A DNA stretch of 64,000 nt from Candidatus Cloacimonadales bacterium (GTDB taxonomy: Bacteria; Cloacimonadota; Cloacimonadia; Cloacimonadales; JAIOQZ01): NCBI GenBank assembly GCA_963662655.2, contig CAXXTU010000002.1, forward strand, positions 3,456,001-3,520,000, written 5' to 3'. Made by a program: the position numbers and the translations under genes. Numbering within the stretch: position 1 is the stretch's first letter; the number at the start of each line of letters is the position of its first letter. Below, piece by piece: positions 59,785 to 64,000 of this stretch. Below the pieces are notes generated by a model that saw nothing but the letters and a program-made list of their open reading frames with translations, was not told the origin of the DNA and did not search any database.

Positions 59785-60267
59785 GTGAAAAAATACGTAC
59801 TTATTGGATTTGCATTATTGATGGCATTCTGTCTCTTTGGGCAGGATCAGGTCAGTTATCAGGCAGCGAATAATTCCTCGGCTTATTTTTACTCCGGAAC
59901 CATTTCCGGTTCGGAGCAATTGAAGATATACAGCTATATCTGGGGACAAGTTCACAAGCCTGGACTTTACATAATACCAGACGACACAGACCTGTTAACG
60001 CTCCTATCTCTTGCCGGTGGACCGACAGAAGACGCGAAACTCTCTCAGATAAGGATCGTTCGCCCCTCTGCTGAAGGAGAAAAGGTGATATTTGTCGATC
60101 TCGAGCAATACATCGATACCGCCGATGAAACACTTATTCCCCTCATGAAACCCGGAGATACGGTTATCGTTTCCGGAACCCTTTACTATGCCTTCTTCCG
60201 GTTTGCGGACTTTGTCTCGAAGATTGCCATTGTCCTCAGCGTTGTGACAATGATTACGAACCTATAG
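59785..60267 (+). CDS. SLBB-domain polysaccharide export protein (short Wza-like)
   Basis: IWGQVHKPGLY, LLSLAGG, I.IVR, MKPGDTVIV, C-terminal amphipathic helix; GTG start after GAAGAGG. Confidence 0.8.
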   Translation: MKKYVLIGFALLMAFCLFGQDQVSYQAANNSSAYFYSGTISGSEQLKIYSYIWGQVHKPGLYIIPDDTDLLTLLSLAGGPTEDAKLSQIRIVRPSAEGEKVIFVDLEQYIDTADETLIPLMKPGDTVIVSGTLYYAFFRFADFVSKIAIVLSVVTMITNL

Positions 60268-60302
60268 TTGATTAGTATATTTAAGAAATAAATCGAGGAA
60301 TT

Positions 60303-62579
60303 ATGCAGGATTTTAAACCGAATCAAATCGTAGAACAAGAATTTCGCCTCTCGGATTATCTTCGAATCGTCATGCAACTCAAGTGGGTCGTTTTGCTCGT
60401 TTTCCTGGTTGTTGTAATATCGACCTTCATTTTTACAATTCGATCACAGAAGATATATCAGGCTACAAGTAGCATTTTGATCGAGTCCCAAGCTGAACAG
60501 TTGTTCATGCCAACGATGTCGGCATCCAATACTTCAATAAACAACCAGATCGAAATTCTGAAGAGCCGTCCAGTGCTTGAAGAGGCTGTCGAGATTTTAA
60601 GCACCTATCCTGAATACGAAACACTGCCGATTTATCAGTATGAAGACCAGGCTGGTGTGATTGGTCGCTTGTCATCGGTGGGCGCGAAGCGGGAAACCGA
60701 TATCCTCTCGATAAACTGTCAATCCACTAACCCTAAAGAGGCGAGCGCGGTAGCTAACGCCCTTGCGGAAGCGCTTATTCAAATCAATACCCACAGCGCT
60801 CGTGCCGAGTTGACAACAATTCGTGAATTCCTTGAGGTAACGCTGGAATCAATGGCGCGCCGCCTGCGAGAGTCAGAAGAAGAGCTTAGGCGTTTCAAGC
60901 GGGATCAGGGAATATCGATGCTCTCCGAAGAGACTACGAAGCTTATTGAACAAACATCCGATCTGGATGCTCTGTATCAGGATGCGCAGACTGATTTGCA
61001 GATAGCAAATAAACGTCTTGAGTACCTTCAGAGGGAGCTTGGCAAGCAGGATTCACTTCTCCTGAATGTCAATTCAGTTTTAACGTCGCCACTCCTGGAA
61101 CAGATACGAAAGAACGTTGTAGAAAGTCAGTCGCGTTACGCTAAGCTTTTAACAAAAAAAGAATATACGGAAAACCACCCAGAATTAATCGAACTCAATA
61201 AAGAGATCGAAAGCGCCAAGGAAAAGCTGAACAGCGAGATAGAACGAGTAGTATCCGTTCGCGCTGGCTCTTCCGATCCGCTTGTATACCGTGCCTCATT
61301 AATCGAAGATATTGCAAAGGCGCGTATAGAGCAGAATGTGGCGCATTCGAAGCTGGAAAGCCTCCAGGATGCGCTCGAATCCTATCGATTGCAAATGAGT
61401 ATATTGCCGGATACCGAGCTTCATCTTGCCCGTCTTGAACGTTCTTATCGAATGAACGAGAAGATATACTCAATGCTGGTAGAGAAACACGAGGACGCCA
61501 AGATCGCCGAACAGGCCAAGATGGGTAACATCTCAATGGTTGAACGAGCCAGAGAACCGCGTTCCCCTATCAAACCCAAGAAGTCGATGAACATGCTTGT
61601 CGGTATTCTTCTGGGGATTGGTCTTGGTATCGGTAGCACTTTCGTCATCCATTCGCTCGACACCAAGCTCCGTACGCTTGACGATATGGAGAGCTTCGTT
61701 CGCTTACCGATCATGGGAACAATTCCCTTCATCCATGTAGCGGAAAGCGATATCGAGGATTTGGAGAAAATGATTCAGAAAGCAGAGGGGGAGGAGAAAA
61801 AACAGCTCCAGATATCTCAATACAATATGATCGCGCGTTTGATTACGCACTACGCGCCGAAATCCCCGGTGGCGGAATCTTATCGTACTCTTAGAACGAA
61901 CCTGATTTCCAAGAAGACCAGTGACGAACCGCTGGTGATTCTTATCACGAGTTCCGGGCCAAAAGAAGGTAAATCGACCTCGAACGCAAACCTGGCGATC
62001 GCCATCGCGCAGATGGACGTCAAGGTTGTTCTTTGCGACCTCGACCTTAGGCGCCCCATGATCCACAACTTCTTCAACCGAAGCAAGGAACGTGGAAGCA
62101 GCGATTACCTTATCGATCACTCGCTCAAGATCGAAGACGTCGTGAAGAAAACGGAGATACCCAATCTGGATATCGTGACCAGTGGCTTCGTGCCTCCGAA
62201 TCCTTCCGAGATCATCGCATCCAAGAGAATGGACCAGATGCTCGACGAGCTCAGATCCAAATACGATTATGTATTGATCGACTCGCCTCCCATCATCGCG
62301 GTTACAGACGCGCTCATCCTCTCCAAGAAAGTGGATATGATGACCCTCGTGGTGCGTATCGGCGTAACAGATCGTCAGATCATCAAGAGAACCAAGGAAA
62401 TCCTCGGTAATGTGAACGTTCTCATCACCGGCGTGATTGTGAACGGTATCGAAGTCCAGAAGTACTATAGCGGCTACGGCTACTATTACTACTACTATTA
62501 CTACTACTATTACTACGGGGAGCAGGACCAAAATCAAAAGGGAAAGAGAATCAAGAGCAAAAATAAACAGATATCTTGA
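60303..62579 (+). CDS. wzc: Polysaccharide co-polymerase / BY-kinase Wzc
   Basis: Two TM helices flanking a coiled coil, PIKP, AESYRTLRTNL, Walker A SGPKEGKST, DLDLRRP, IDSPP, C-terminal Tyr cluster. Confidence 0.93.
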   Translation: MQDFKPNQIVEQEFRLSDYLRIVMQLKWVVLLVFLVVVISTFIFTIRSQKIYQATSSILIESQAEQLFMPTMSASNTSINNQIEILKSRPVLEEAVEILSTYPEYETLPIYQYEDQAGVIGRLSSVGAKRETDILSINCQSTNPKEASAVANALAEALIQINTHSARAELTTIREFLEVTLESMARRLRESEEELRRFKRDQGISMLSEETTKLIEQTSDLDALYQDAQTDLQIANKRLEYLQRELGKQDSLLLNVNSVLTSPLLEQIRKNVVESQSRYAKLLTKKEYTENHPELIELNKEIESAKEKLNSEIERVVSVRAGSSDPLVYRASLIEDIAKARIEQNVAHSKLESLQDALESYRLQMSILPDTELHLARLERSYRMNEKIYSMLVEKHEDAKIAEQAKMGNISMVERAREPRSPIKPKKSMNMLVGILLGIGLGIGSTFVIHSLDTKLRTLDDMESFVRLPIMGTIPFIHVAESDIEDLEKMIQKAEGEEKKQLQISQYNMIARLITHYAPKSPVAESYRTLRTNLISKKTSDEPLVILITSSGPKEGKSTSNANLAIAIAQMDVKVVLCDLDLRRPMIHNFFNRSKERGSSDYLIDHSLKIEDVVKKTEIPNLDIVTSGFVPPNPSEIIASKRMDQMLDELRSKYDYVLIDSPPIIAVTDALILSKKVDMMTLVVRIGVTDRQIIKRTKEILGNVNVLITGVIVNGIEVQKYYSGYGYYYYYYYYYYYYGEQDQNQKGKRIKSKNKQIS
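62481..62516 (+). repeat. (TACTATTACTAC)x3 tandem repeat encoding 12 consecutive tyrosines
   Basis: Read directly from the sequence. Confidence 0.9.
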
Positions 62580-63381
62580 TATCGTTGAACGCCGTCCTGA
62601 CGGCTTTCACGAAATGATAACGGTTTTCCAGGAATTGGAACTCCATGATACGCTTATTTTTACTTTGACAAAAAAACGCGATGTCGAGATTTTGACCAAC
62701 GTGAAATCTTTACAAAACCGGCAGAACCTTATCTGCCGGATTGCGTTCTTTATACAGGAAACATATAACGTCGAGTCAGGCGCAGTTGTGCAGCTCGAAA
62801 AAAGGATACCCGTAGCCGCCGGCCTCGGAGGAGGCAGCAGCAATGCGGCGGCAACGATCCTGGCTCTCTCGGAGCTGTGGTCTTTGAATCTTACACATAA
62901 GGAGATGCATGAGATTGCAGCGAAGTTCGGTAGCGATATCAACTTCTTCCTCGTAGGCGGAACGGCCTTGGGAACCGGCAGAGGTGAGGTTATCGAACCG
63001 ATGCCGGATCGGGAGGAAGAGACGATCCTCCTGGTTAATCCGAGATTCGATGTCTCCAGCGCGGAGGCGTACAAGCTCTATGCAAGGAAGGGGATCGTGA
63101 AAGACCGTTCCCTTGTGATAGCCGAGATGAAAGAGGGCCTGCGGGAGCATCGCTGCTTCAACGCCCTTGAGGCTGGAATCAGGGAAACGTATCCGGAGAT
63201 CGATTCGATCCTGAATCGGATGAACGAAGCAGGAGTCCCATCCATGCTCTCGGGCAGCGGTCCGACCTGCATTGGGTTCTGCAAATCCTCCGATAAGGCC
63301 GGATTGCTGGCGAGTTCGTTCGAGAAAGATGGATTCTGGACTTGCCTGACTAAAACAAGAAACCGAACGAAGGCGGTGTGA
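62533..63381 (+). CDS. ispE: 4-diphosphocytidyl-2-C-methyl-D-erythritol kinase (start codon uncertain, probably non-canonical)
   Basis: In-frame AKINRYLD...RRPDGFHE upstream of ATG 62614; KRIPVAAGLGGGSSNAA, GSD, MLSGSGPT. Confidence 0.92.
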   Translation: MKRERESRAKINRYLDIVERRPDGFHEMITVFQELELHDTLIFTLTKKRDVEILTNVKSLQNRQNLICRIAFFIQETYNVESGAVVQLEKRIPVAAGLGGGSSNAAATILALSELWSLNLTHKEMHEIAAKFGSDINFFLVGGTALGTGRGEVIEPMPDREEETILLVNPRFDVSSAEAYKLYARKGIVKDRSLVIAEMKEGLREHRCFNALEAGIRETYPEIDSILNRMNEAGVPSMLSGSGPTCIGFCKSSDKAGLLASSFEKDGFWTCLTKTRNRTKAV

Positions 63382-63382
63382 G

Positions 63383-64000
63383 ATGTTCTCGCGTTTACGG
63401 ATTTTTACCGGACGCGCTAATGTGGAGCTGGCAAAGGAAGTCGCAAGGCTTGCCGGTATCCCCTTGGGTGATGCGGAAGTTTTCAAGTTCTCCAACGATG
63501 ACTCGTTTGTGAAGATCAACGAAAACGTTCGCGGAGCCGACGTGTTCATTATACAGCCAACCTGTTACCCGGTTAACGATAACTTGATGGAACTGCTGAT
63601 TATGATCGACGCCCTGAAGAGAGCCTCGGCCAGCAGGATCAACTGCGTGATACCCTACTACGGATACGCGCGCTCGGACAAGAAGGATCAACCCAGGGTG
63701 CCCATCACGGCAAAACTGGTAGCCGATCTGATTGAAACCGCGGGAGCGCATCGTGTGATTACGGTCGACCTGCATGCGGATCAGATCCAGGGGTTCTTCA
63801 ATCTCCCCGTGGATCACCTGATTTCGCTGCCGATCTTCTCGAGATACTTCCGCGCGAATATCGATCTGAGCAATGCGGTCGTTGTGTCCCCCGATTCGGG
63901 CGGAGCAAACAGGGCACGCGGTTTCGCGGATCGCCTGCGTCTCGGTCTGGCGATTGGCGACAAGCGCCGCGTGGACAACAAGGACAACGCGGAAGTGCTC
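63383..64000 (+). CDS. prs: Ribose-phosphate pyrophosphokinase (3' partial)
   Basis: Manual translation MFSRLRIFTGRAN...ENVRGADVFIIQ...NDNLMELL...PYYGYARSDKK...DLHADQIQGFF...VSPDSGG. Confidence 0.97.
   Translation, partial: MFSRLRIFTGRANVELAKEVARLAGIPLGDAEVFKFSNDDSFVKINENVRGADVFIIQPTCYPVNDNLMELLIMIDALKRASASRINCVIPYYGYARSDKKDQPRVPITAKLVADLIETAGAHRVITVDLHADQIQGFFNLPVDHLISLPIFSRYFRANIDLSNAVVVSPDSGGANRARGFADRLRLGLAIGDKRRVDNKDNAEVL

Noticed and set aside
63375..63390. tRNA-Gln often found between ispE and prs
   Set aside because: The genes are separated by only 1 nt, so no tRNA is present.

Overview
Mostly core chromosome of a diderm bacterium. The T9SS/FlgD-type C-terminal domains, C25 peptidase, FadL/PorV-like barrels and secY-map-infA order without adk suggest the FCB superphylum, plausibly Cloacimonadota; this is an inference. 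In order, the window holds: the end of the spc/alpha ribosomal operon (secY to rplQ), mgtE, a minus-strand yggS-plsY-GNAT-OMP-BatA-radical SAM-lon block, an orphan cheR-cheY-HDOD-cheX cluster, fur-feoA-feoC without feoB, rpmB, thpR-recA-recX, lepB-hemW, a complete ISL3 element with an 8-bp target duplication, a compact aryl-polyene-like ACP-KS-CLF-LolA-DUF3261-MMPL cluster, purA, a long Alu-type SRP RNA, hisS-proS-cinA-purD, a PorU-like/PorV-like/lipoprotein/SLBB/Wzc locus, ispE and the start of prs. The most striking unexplained signal is a four-copy intergenic hairpin element (128-189 bp). It has invariant asymmetric basal motifs, compensatory base changes and a freely replaceable interior, and it always sits just after a stop codon. 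Other highlights are a T9SS-like sortase module next to polysaccharide export genes, a 12-tyrosine run in Wzc, and an ispE that seems to need a non-canonical start inside wzc. No CRISPR, rRNA or tRNA was seen.
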